In this document: piece after piece, positions 20,929-33,232 of the stretch
Layout of the letters: each line of letters begins with the position of its first letter
How positions within the stretch are numbered: position 1 is the stretch's first letter
Assembly: GCF_001194135.2 (NCBI RefSeq)
Contig: NC_069000.1
Span: 44,819,916 to 44,883,915 of the forward strand
Source: Octopus bimaculoides
Lineage: Eukaryota
Length of the DNA: 64,000 nt
Direction of reading: 5' to 3'
The notes under the pieces: model-generated
Database searches by the model: none
Seen by the model: only the letters and a program-made list of their open reading frames with translations
What the model was told of the DNA's origin: nothing
Position numbers and translations under genes: made by a program

Positions 20929-23900
20929 TGAAACAAATCCTCCCTCACGCCAACACTCACCTTTAAATGAGAGAGAAATTCATTAGGTGTTATCACATTT
21001 CCACTGATGTCCATCTGGTTCAACCGTCGAAATGCTATGATGTTGACATTGACCAAGTCTTCGTTCTCCACCTGTACACACAAAAATAAAACCACAAAGA
21101 TGTTTGGAATTAACACAAGCTTTGGAATTAACAATTCAATAGTTTATAATTGACAGTAATTATAAATTTAGTTAATTGTAAATAGCTGCAACTTCACTTA
21201 TTTTATAGCTTTAACCTGTTGCAAAGGTCAAAACACAAATGCTGACCCAACTGATTCACACAACACATCACCATTCAGTCTCTCTCTCTCTCTCTCTCTC
21301 TCATCAGATCCATGCAATATCTATTAAACAGTCTCTCTCTCTCGTTTGATCCACATCACAGAAAATAGCCTTCCTCTCATTTGATCTGCACAACACATCA
21401 GTTAAACACTCCTTTGTATAAAGACATTAGTTAAATATTGTTATTATCCACCATTTAATCAACAACACATACTCTCTCTCTCTCTCTTCTTTGATCTACA
21501 CACATATACACAAAATCAACATCTCATCATCATTATTATTATTATTATTAGAGCCAGTTCAGCGGCACTGGCAACACCCTTGCTTGAATGTTGTTTACCA
21601 CGTACCACCGACACAAAAGAGGTAACCTTTAACAAGACACCTTACATGCTAGAGAGGGCAGTTAATGCCCAAACTGCAAATAAGATTAATTTCAAAGGGA
21701 ATGAAAATAAAATTATTTCTATAGTTACCCCTAGACTTGAGTTTCTGTTTAACGGGCAAATAAATTAATTTGCCGTTTGTGCTTGTGCATATATATTTGT
21801 GTATCGGTATATCTATATATATATATATATATATATATAGATAGNNNNNNNNNNACCCTTTTACGCCCATGCCTTCCCCTAATACAATCTGTTCCTCCAC
21901 CCCATCTCAACACTTTCCTTTCCTCCTACTTCATTCCCCTCCACTCTCCCTCATATGCCTCCTCACATTCATTCTCAGTGCCCTCACATACGTACCATGG
22001 TCCCCTGAGACACTCCTATATCTCCCCCCACCTCACTTGTTACACTCTCCATAAACCAACCCATCTCCCCTCACCCTCTTAGGGATCACCCCTCTCTCTT
22101 CTCTCTATCCACACACCCTGTCCAGTCTTCTGTACCCCTTAATTACACTGAGTACCTTATGCAGGTGCTCCTACTTCCTTGTGCATTCACTCTGCCTATT
22201 CCGAATATGATTCTATTTAACAAGAGAGGAGGGGAGTGAAAAGTAACACTCTCCTTCTGTAGAGAGACTGGGTAACTGTCTGTCTCTGCATCCGTCCGTC
22301 TGTCTGTCCATCCTTCCATCCATCCATCCATCCATCCAATCACACAAACAGATACATAGTTCAAATTTACAGAAAAGAAAAGACAAAGACAGGTGTAGGA
22401 ACAAGGAGCACACGTATTAGTTGAAAACTTGAGAATGCAAAAGTTTATTATATATTATTTGCATACACACACACACACACATATATATATATTTACATAT
22501 ATATATATGTATGTATATATATATATATACACCGATATATGATTGCATGTATGTATATACACATTTATGCACATAATGCAAGCTAATTAATTAGTGAGAC
22601 AATGTAACACAATACCCATAACTTACTCGGTGCCCCAAAACCTAATAATTACGTGAGCAGAATAGTACCAACATATTACTGGTACTTAATATTTTTCAGT
22701 CTGGCGAGATGCTGTGTAAAGTTAGTCCAAATAGTATGTCATGGCTGGAATGTCTTGGCTTCTAGATTTGATGGATCAGGGCTGAGTTGGGGCTAAACTG
22801 CTATAACTAGACTAATACCAACCTCTCCTTCTGACAGGTACCATGACCACCACCACTAGCACCAATGTCACCACCACCCTGCCAATTTCTACTCTGGCCA
22901 CCTCCACAATTTAGTCAAATGCCTTGCCTTGGGCCCTTAATGGAATGAGAGCAGTGCCGTGGTGAGGTAGGTATGTCTTGTATTTTATTTATTGACCCTG
23001 AGAGAATGAAAAGTAAACCTGATTTCAGCAGGATTTGATCTCAGAACACAGAGAGCCAGAACAATTACTGCAAAGCTGTCAATTTGCTACCATCATGGAC
23101 TATTAGAAAAAGTAGCTAAACCTCACTCAAATCACATACGGAACAACAAATTTGTAGCTGGCATTCTCTGACTTGATGAACAAGCTTGGGGGAAATTACA
23201 TGACAGCAACAACACNNNNNNNNNNNNNNNNNNNNNNNNNNNNNNNNNNNNNNNNNNNNNNNNNNNNNNNNNNNNNNNNNNNNNNNNNNNNNNNNNNNNN
23301 NNNNNNNNNNNNNNNNNNNNNNNNNNNNNNNNNNNNNNNNNNNNNNNNNNNNNNNNNNNNNNNNNNNNNNNNNNNNNNNNNNNNNNNNNNNNNNNNNNNN
23401 NNNNNNNNNNNNNNNNNNNNNNNNNNNNNNNNNNNNNNNNNNNNNNNNNNNNNNNNNNNNNNNNNNNNNNNNNNNNNNNNNNNNNNNNNNNNNNNNNNNN
23501 NNNNNNNNNNNNNNNNNNNNNNNNNNNNNNNNNNNNNNNNNNNNNNNNNNNNNNNNNNNNNNNNNNNNNNNNNNNNNNNNNNNNNNNNNNNNNNNNNNNN
23601 NNNNNNNNNNNNNNNNNNNNNNNNNNNNNNNNNNNNNNNNNNNNNNNNNNNNNNNNNNNNNNNNNNNNNNNNNNNNNNNNNNNNTACAGTGATTTCCCTC
23701 ATTGAACTCTGTGTGTGTATGCGTACGTTGGTGATGTCCAGCAAAACTGACTTTGTAGACAGCCGCAAGATTATCCACCATCTTTCCAGCAGCAAGCTTC
23801 GGCCCCTGTTTTGAATTCCATATGTCTAACCCCCCCATTGACATGCTTACAAAATCAAAAAACAAGGCATCGTCCATGAATTTCGTAAACCTTTTCTCTT

Positions 23901-25206
23901 GCTCAGAATTGAATCAACCACCCGCATAGTAAATCTATGTATGTACATATACAGAGGTGTGTATATATAGATATATAAAAATATATTTATATTCATACAC
24001 ACACACATATGTATGTATGTATTAATATATAGAAACCTGTCTATATCTATGTGCTTTTGTGTATATATCTACATATATACATATGTGTGTGTAAGGTGAG
24101 CTGGCAGCAGAATCGTTAGCACACAAGGCAAAATGCTTGGTGCATTTCGTTCGACTTGATGTTCTGAGTTCTAATTCCAGGAAGGCTGAAATTTAGGTTC
24201 AATGAACTCTGGGACTGATGTCATCAACTTAACCCTCTCCCCATTATTGCTGGCCTTGTGCCAACATTTGAAACCAGTAAATATATACATGCATACAGGT
24301 AAGCCGTTTATGTTTATGCCTTGCCCCAATACAATCTGTTCCCTCACCTCCCCCACCACAACACACTATTCCAACTCCTTCCTTTCTTCCACCCATGATC
24401 ACCCCCCACCTCTGCATGCTCCTCTCCTCCCATCACATACACTCACTTTCAATGCCCTCACAAACCTACCCCAGCCCTCTGAGCTGCCCCTATACCCCTC
24501 ACCTTCACCTGCTACACTCTCCACATCTCCATCCGTCTCCCTTCCCATTCTCATGAATCACCCCCACCCCTTGATCTCCTCTGTCCACTCACCCTGTCCA
24601 ATCCTTGGTATGGCCTTCATTTCATTTATATTCTCCCCCATTGTCCCTTAAGAATATGTCCCATCACACATCTCTCCTGCCATTTATTTCTCTCAATCTT
24701 TTCGAGCGAGGTCGTTGCCAGTGCCCCTGGACTGGCTTGTGCGGGTGGCACATAAAAGACACCATTTCGAGCGTGGCCATTGCCAGTATCGCCTGACTGG
24801 CCTTCGTGCGGGTGACACGTAAAAGCACCTACTACACTCTCTGAGTGGTTGGCGTTAGGAAGGGCATCCAGCTGTAGAAACTCTGCCAAATTTAGATTGG
24901 AGCCTGGTGTAGCCATCTGGTTTCACCAGTCCTCAGTCAAATCGTCTAATCCATGCTAGCATGGAAAGCGGACGTTAAACGATGGTGATGATGATGATGA
25001 TGATTAAGGCGGCAAGCTGGGCAAAATATTTAGCAACATTTCATCCTTCTTTATGTTCTGAGTTCCAATTGTGCCAAAGTCAACTTTGCCTTTCATCCTT
25101 TTAGGGTCAATAAAATAAGTACCAGTTATGCACTGGGGTCGATGTAATTGACTCATCCCCCTCCCTCAAAATTGCTGCCCTTGTGACAAAATTTGAAACC
25201 ATTATT

Positions 25207-25240
<34 letters not shown>

Positions 25241-28200
25241 CACATGCACACACCCCGTGACAAAATAAGGAATACCCACCGTATGTAGACTGGACTTCGG
25301 TGCTGATCTTTCCAAATGGTTATTCTCAACTTTCTTCAACTGAATCTTATAGGTGACATTTGGCTAAACAAATAGACAAATAGGCAGACAGATAGATAAA
25401 TGGTCAGTTAATTAGCAAGGTGAAACAATTCCCCACTGAATTCAGTGGAACAATTAAATAAGCAATTAATTTTAAACTCTCCCTAATTAGAGGAGAGTTA
25501 ATGAGATGTCAGATTATAACATTTTCATGTCAGACTGGAAGATTTCAATAAAAACACGAACCAGCAGCTAAGGTTGGTTTTTGTGCAGATAAAATAGCAG
25601 ATGCAATTTGTAGCCTCTAATTTAAGAATACAGGATATCAGTTGTCCCGCAGAGGATCATAGCTTTGAGATTTCAATGATGAGATTGTTTAGTTTTAGAA
25701 TGACATTGTAGGGTAGGGGTGAGAAGCCAGATCTGGCCGGTTTGAACATAAAATGTATAGAATATTTGGGCTGGATATGGCCAGTTTAAATGGTTCTTCT
25801 AGAATGTAACTGCTTCAGTTCCAACACACAAGTTCTCACATCAAATTACTTGCAGGACAAGTTACATCGCTGAAAATAGTATAAGAACAAAGAACTACTC
25901 ACTGAAAGACCTCGAATCCGGTAGGTTCCATCTTGTTCGGTTTTACTTTCTTCTTGATATTGGACCGAACCAGACACGCTGACAGCTTCAACAAGAACTC
26001 CTGGTTCTGGTTCCCCGTTCAGCGAACTCACACGTCCATAGCAACTGTAACACAAGCAAGGACAAGACATCACCATTATCATAAGAACCATTATACAACT
26101 AAAGGAGCACAGTTCACTTGTGGACACTCAATCCCTCTTCTCCAAACTCGCCAGGTGAGTTATCTCACTTGTCCGTGACACGTGACATTTACAGGTTTTA
26201 ACACTCAGCACTTTTGAGAGAATATTCTCCACCACACCAAATCACAACCAACCAGCAAATACATTAAGTATATGTGATTGATAATGCATGCATGCACGCA
26301 CGCATATATATATATTATATATATAAAAACAAATAGTAAATGAGTATATGCATATCTACGTACAGGTATGTGCATACCGACATCCGTCTGTATGTATATG
26401 TGCATATCTGGGTACAGGACATTGCAAACAAAACGTAGACGAGAAAACACACAAGCCACATAGAGAACATTCTTCTTCATCAGCTACCCCCGTTTTAACA
26501 CCGGCGTTTCGAAGAGCTGGGCAGGACGGATCGCTAAAACGGCTCTTCCCATGGACCGCAAATTAAACTTGTATACACAAATTAAACCTTGCCATAGAGG
26601 AATCTAGCGGTGATACAGATGTAGATATATATATATTCTTTTATTCTTTTACTTGTTTCAGTCATTTGACTGTAGCCATGCTGGAGCACCGCCTTTAGTC
26701 GAACAAATCGCCCCCCAGGACTTGTTCTTTGTGAGCTTAGTACTTATTCTATCAGTCTATTTTGCCAAACCGCTAAGTTACGGGGACGTGAGCACACCAA
26801 CATTGGTTGTCAAGTGATGGTGGGGGAGGACAAACACAGATACACACACACATATATATATATACGACAGGCTTCTTTCAGTTTCTGTCTACCAAATCCA
26901 CTCACAAGGCTTTGGTCAGCCTGAGGCTATAATAGAAGACACTTGCCCAAGGTGTCACGCAGTGGGACTAAACCCAGAACCATGTGGTTGGTTAGCAAGC
27001 TACTTACCACACAGCCACTCCTGCGCCTACATATATATACATATACACACACACACATACACACAATAGGCTTCTACATAATTTCTGAAGTTGATGATGC
27101 TGGCGATAAAGTTGATGGTGAAGATGATGATGATGATGACATTATTATTATTAGTATTGTTGCTGTTGCCATAGTTACCTGTAAGCCTCACGAAATCCCT
27201 TGATATTCACATTGATCCTGGTCCCTTCCTCTACACTAATCATCTGAGTGGCAGGTTCAAAACGATACTCCTTCATCATGGGTCGGAGAAAATAACGTCC
27301 AGGACTCTGCAGAATAAAAACAACAAAAATAAATACATCATCACCATCACACACACACACACACACACACACAATGGCTGTGATGCTAAAATGGCATTGT
27401 AAGTTCAATCCTAACTACAGTACCAAGTGTGTGGTGTGTCTTTGAGCAAAACACACACCTGATGCTTTATACTGTAAAGCATTAACTATAACAAGTTATA
27501 ACTAGTTATTAGTATCAGAACACATAAGCAAAATGAATTAATTACATACATACATGCATACACACACACAGAGGGGTGTCTATTTATTTCGATCTGCTTA
27601 TGTATATTGTTTAATCCACAACTGAGAGGTTAGTGCTAAGAAGAGACATAACCTGGCTATGCAAGAAGAAAAATACCATTCCACCAATTGTTGACTTGTT
27701 AAAGGTAAAATGGGACAAAAACCAGNNNNNNNNNNGTTGACTTGTTAAAGGTAAAATGGGACAAAAACCAGCTGGTAGATATATATATATATATATATAT
27801 ATATCTATATGCCGATGATAGTACCGCCTGACAGGCCCTTGTGCCGGTGGCACGTAACTCTCAGAGTGGTTGACATTAGGAAGGTCATCCAGCTATAGAA
27901 ACTCTGCCAGATCAGATTGGAGCTTGGTGTAGCCACTGGCTCTCTAGACCTCAGTCAAACCGTCCAATCCATGCCAGCATGGAAAACAGACGTTAATCGA
28001 TGATGATGATGAGGAGGGGAGAGGTGATGTATGTGGTGGTGGCACTGGGCAAGGCATTAAACAGCATCTGGTAGGAAGGCTCCAGTTCATCAGTTCAGGT
28101 GTTTTCAAGAGCGTGGAGTTACCCCTTAGTTCCCACTTCTTCCAGGTGTATTCTGACCTGGATGGTTGAAGTTGTCAAGGGCTGCAGTTAGGAGTTAAAC

Positions 28201-31070
28201 AGCAACTGGCTAAGGCATATAGGATTTACATAGGGGATGGGCCACAGACATGTATCACACAAATGCACCAGTTACTGGATATGCCATGGTGTCATGTGAA
28301 CCAGTCCCCTTACCTTAAGGGTTAAATAGGCCCTGTGCCTCAAGGGTTAGGGGACAGAGAAGGAGACAAAACAGGGTAAACTGTAAACATACTGGCAGAA
28401 AGCAAGAGGGAATCATTCCTGTATTTTTCACAAGAAAAGTCATGAATCTTCAGAGAAGGACACGAAAGTTCCTTGATTGCCAATGCCAGGAAGCATGGCA
28501 AGTGATGTGAAAGAAGAAATTGTACTTTGTCTAAACAAAACAAGAGAACAAAAAGCAAAAACAAAACAAAAAAGAAACACTGCAAGAGAACACTGATGGT
28601 GACTTACCAATGAGGAGAAGACCATCATACCATTTTCTTTGATTAGGTTATTACTGCGATACTGGTTGTCACCACTGAGGGACAGCAGAACAGAGGACAA
28701 ATAGTTATTGTTCTCATCAACAACCTGTGAAGGAAAGAAATTATTATTATTATTATTACACTAGTACATGCTGATTAAGTTAGCAGGTATTTTATCTTGA
28801 GGCTTGGCAACTAGTCTCCTCAAATCTCAAGAAGATTTCTTAAGATTCTTGTAGAATATAGGATGGCATTCTTTTGCTGTAGGTCGACAATGCAAGTATC
28901 AATTCCAATTCAGAAGCATTTTGGGTGTTGTGCCAAATGCACCAATTAATACAGGGAATAATTATTGCCTTGGTCTTCCGCAGTTTCCTCACCCCTACAA
29001 CCACCATTATCTACACTGCAAAGACACCACACTACTTTAACACTCCCCAATTCTTACAAAGAGAGGACAAAACTGTTGTCACCTTACCGTGACAGATATT
29101 TCTCCAAGCTGAAGAGCTTTAAAGTTGTTGGGGTTTTGTGGGTCTTTGGTCAATACATAACCAGTCTTGGAGGCTTCCACGCTGTATTTTTTGTCTCCAT
29201 GAAGAGGTCCTAAGCTGCAGGAGAGAAACAGAAGAGAATTACTGATGCAATACCTCAATATTATGCATGAATAAACACATTTATGAGTGGATATAAATGA
29301 ATTAAGGATTTTACATATTATATAGGAGAACTCTGTCAGTTACGACAACGAGGGTCCCAGCCGATACGATCATGAGAACAGCTTGCTTGTGAAATTAACG
29401 TACAAGTGGCTGAGCACTCCACAGACACGTGTACCCTTAACATAGTTCTCAGGGAGACTCAGCATGACACAGAGTGTGACAAGGCCGGCCCTTATGAATT
29501 ACAGGTACAACTCGTTTTTGCCAGCTGGGTGGACTGGAGCAATGTGAAATAAAGTGTCTTGCTCAAGGACACAATGCGTCACTGGGAATCGAACTCACGA
29601 CCTGACAATCGTGAGCTGAACGCCCTAACCACTGAGCCACCTGCCTTCACACATATTATATATATAGATCGTTGTATAATAACTATTAATAATTACTGAG
29701 AATTAGGTTATACAACTTGTTATTACTAATTATGTAAGTGTATATGTTCATGAGTGTTAGTGAAACAGCTAAATAAGTTTTAAATTAGGTCTTAAAATAT
29801 CAACGACGATTGTTTGTCTGTTTCTTCTAACACATACAAAGGGGTCCTGAAAAATTCCTGGCTTCAAGGGTATCAAGAAGGGTGGGCTTAGAAGCCCAAC
29901 CTTCCGAATTCTTTTACAGGGCTCAGAAAAACTGAAGGACCACTGCAATAAATGAACCCGAGAGGGGAATATGTTGGATAAAATCATAATTAACTGATCC
30001 TCCTGTATTTTCTTTTACCCAAAGGCAGGGACTTTTCAGCACCCCTCGTATATTTATATATATATATATATAAATGTATGTGTATTTTTTCAATGTGTAC
30101 AAATAAACACACACACACACACACAGAAAGAGAGAGACTTGAATGGTGGCAAGGAACTGGCAAAGTCCTTAGTATGTCAGACACAACATTCCATGGCATC
30201 TGTTGACTACAACGCATCTCATTTGATGCTCTACTGACTCTGCCAAGTCATTGCCCTAGACTGCTATTTTATCATCTGAATCTGAAATCCCTAGCTAGTG
30301 ATTGGATGGAGTGGCCGTCCTCTCGACCAATACACTGATGTCAATGCCACTGGAGGATGGACTCTGATGACGATGTGATTATGCTATTCCATGCTTTCTG
30401 ATCCAAAGTCAGCACCATGGATCAGAAAGCATGGAATAACATCACCCCTGAAAGGAGCAAAGTCAAAGCTGACCTCAACAGGGTTTGAACTCATACAACA
30501 CAAAGCCATTCATCTAACATTCTAGCCCTTCTGCCAACACACTGACCCCTGCACTGGAATTTCATTTTATTAAACCACCCCACACCCAGACCCCTAAAAG
30601 AATGAAAGGCAAAGTTGACCACTGCAGAATTTGAACTCAGAAATGCAGACAATCAGGACAAACACCACAAGGCATTTTCTCTCGTGCTCTTACCATCCTG
30701 CCAATTCTCCACCAATGTAATCTTTGTACTGAAATATGAGCAGCATGGAAGTTTACAGCAAAAAATAACAATGATAGGAATGGTAGGGGAGTCAGTGGGA
30801 GCAAAGTGTTACAGCAGTGTGCTTGTCGTTTAACCCCAGATCAGCCATGATCAAACAGGTGTAAGGCTGAAGACACTCCAGACTTCCCCACCAACTCATT
30901 CATGCAGTCACAGTGTATCTAGGACTACGTTGTTCAAAGTGTCTTTTAGAAAAAAAAAACAAAACAGAAAAGAGTACTGTCGGGTGTGATTGAAAGGAGA
31001 TTTAGCTGCTATTTATAGTGTGTCAAGCAATTAGATAGATTTTAATAGAAAGCGAGATAGTAACATAAAA

Positions 31071-31106
<36 letters not shown>

Positions 31107-33179
31107 TAACGTGTGTGTGTGTGCATAGTGAACATGTGTGTGTGTGTGTGTACATAGTGAACGTGTGTGTGTGTGTNNNNNNNNNNNNNNNNNNNNNNNN
31201 NNNNNNNNNNNNNNNNNNNNNNNNNNNNNNNNNNNNNNNNNNNNNNNNNNNNNNNNNNNNNNNNNNNNNNNNNNNNNNNNNNNNNNNNNNNNNNNNNNNN
31301 NNNNNNNNNNNNNNNNNNNNNNNNNNNNNNNNNNNNNNNNNNNNNNNNNNNNNNNNNNNNNNNNNNNNNNNNNNNNNNNNNNNNNNNNNNNNNNNNNNNN
31401 NNNNNNNNNNNNNNNNNNNNNNNNNNNNNNNNNNNNNNNNNNNNNNNNNNNNNNNNNNNNNNNNNNNNNNNNNNNNNNNNNNNNNNNNNNNNNNNNNNNN
31501 NNNNNNNNNNNNNNNNNNNNNNNNNNNNNNNNNNNNNNNNNNNNNNNNNNNNNNNNNNNNNNNNNNNNNNNNNNNNNNNNNNNNNNNNNNNNNNNNNNNN
31601 NNNNNNNNNNNNNNNNNNNNNNNNNNNNNNNNNNNNNNNNNNNNNNNNNNNNNNNNNNNCTAAAGATAGACACCACCATTGTTCTCTTCACGTTTCACAA
31701 ACAAACATTCGGAGCCAAAATAACAAGATCCTGTTTTAACCCAACTAGGAAGTCAGAAGAGGTTTGTGGACCTACAAGAAATAACAGCTGAATCTCCTTT
31801 AAATTGAATCCTGCATTTATATAAAAGAAGGACATCAGATAATGAAGCCCTAGACCAGGAGTTCTCAACCATTTCTTATCTATGCACCCCTTTCATTACT
31901 CTTTTATTCTGGTCGGCTCCCATAGCCATGCAATGTTTAAAAACTTCTTTCTAAATTCCTATTTCGTTTTTCACACATTAACTTGTTTAGGTTGAACCAT
32001 GGAAAATGTTAGAGAAAGAAACCCTGGTGGTTTCTTGCAATATATAACAATATGAGATACATCTGAAGCTTACATCAAGGGCCCTTAAAATACTATTTTG
32101 GATCCCCAATTTGCTATTTTGTTACATGGACCCCTAAAAATCTTATATGGACTCTCAAGGGCCATGTGGTCTCAGGGCGAGAACCACAGCCCAAGGAATA
32201 TTATCAATGCAAAGACAACAAGATCATGACTGACAGATCTTGAGTTTGCTAGATTAATTCTGAACTCAAACTAAATAACATCTCTCTCTCTCTCTCTCTC
32301 GTAGAAAGGTGGACTAAAATGAAGTAAACTAAAAGCCATTTTACCGATAGACTCCATTCTGATCTGTTAACAATGTGGTTGGTATCATAGTAGCAGGATC
32401 GTCACAAGACACCACGACAGTGACCCCTTGGAGAGCTGGTTCTATCTTGCCAGTGATAAAGATACCAACCTTGCCGACAAAGTGGGCCACTTCTCCAGGA
32501 CAGCTTTCTGCGAAAGAGAGACAAGGAAGAAGACATTTCAGCACAGAGAGGAGGAATATGGAGATATGCATGGATCAACACACACACACACATAAATAAA
32601 CAACATCAATTTTTCTATCGAAGATTTAATGAATTAGCCATCAAATTTGGATCAATGGAAGGAGAACCAAACTGGAACGAAAAAAGATTATCATGGACCA
32701 AATTGGATTGAAAAATAATAAAGTGTGAAGATGACGAAAGAAAAAGATGTCAGACTCACCTCCCTGGATAGTGACTTCCATGTGATTTGGGGAGAATAGC
32801 AACACATCAGATGCAACTTGGATCTCCAGATGTTCGTTGTTCCTGCAATGGAAGGTTTAGTGAGATACAATGAACTGCTACCCTCAGTCAACCATGTCAC
32901 AGTGAACTGATGTGTTCAATCAACCAGGTCACAGTGAACAGTAGCTTTCAGTCAACTGTGTCAGGGTAAAGTTGCCTTCAGTAAACCATGATGCAGTGAA
33001 CGGTCACCTTCAGTCAACAATGATGCCTTTAGTCAGCTGTGTGTTACAGTGAACTGTTGTGTTCAGTTGTGTTGCAGAAATTCATGTGATGGTAAACTGT
33101 TGCCATAGTAACAGTGAACACTTTTTACAGATACATGTACTTACAAACATAAATACATGCATTCACATGCACGTACACT

Positions 33180-33232
<53 letters not shown>

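Noticed and set aside
23685-23930. Unique coding-looking segment beside an N-gap in NOMO intron 26
   Set aside because: No recognisable domain in any frame, and NOMO exons 26 and 27 join in frame without it; probably a decayed TE.
27686-27775. Direct duplication of gttgacttgttaaaggtaaaatgggacaaaaaccag on both sides of a 10-N gap
   Set aside because: Typical unmerged contig overlap, so an assembly artefact.
29560-29650. tRNA-like sequences (also at 44494, 26950 and 12361)
   Set aside because: A/B boxes continue into SINE bodies and no complete cloverleaf is evident, so these are SINE heads, not tRNA genes.
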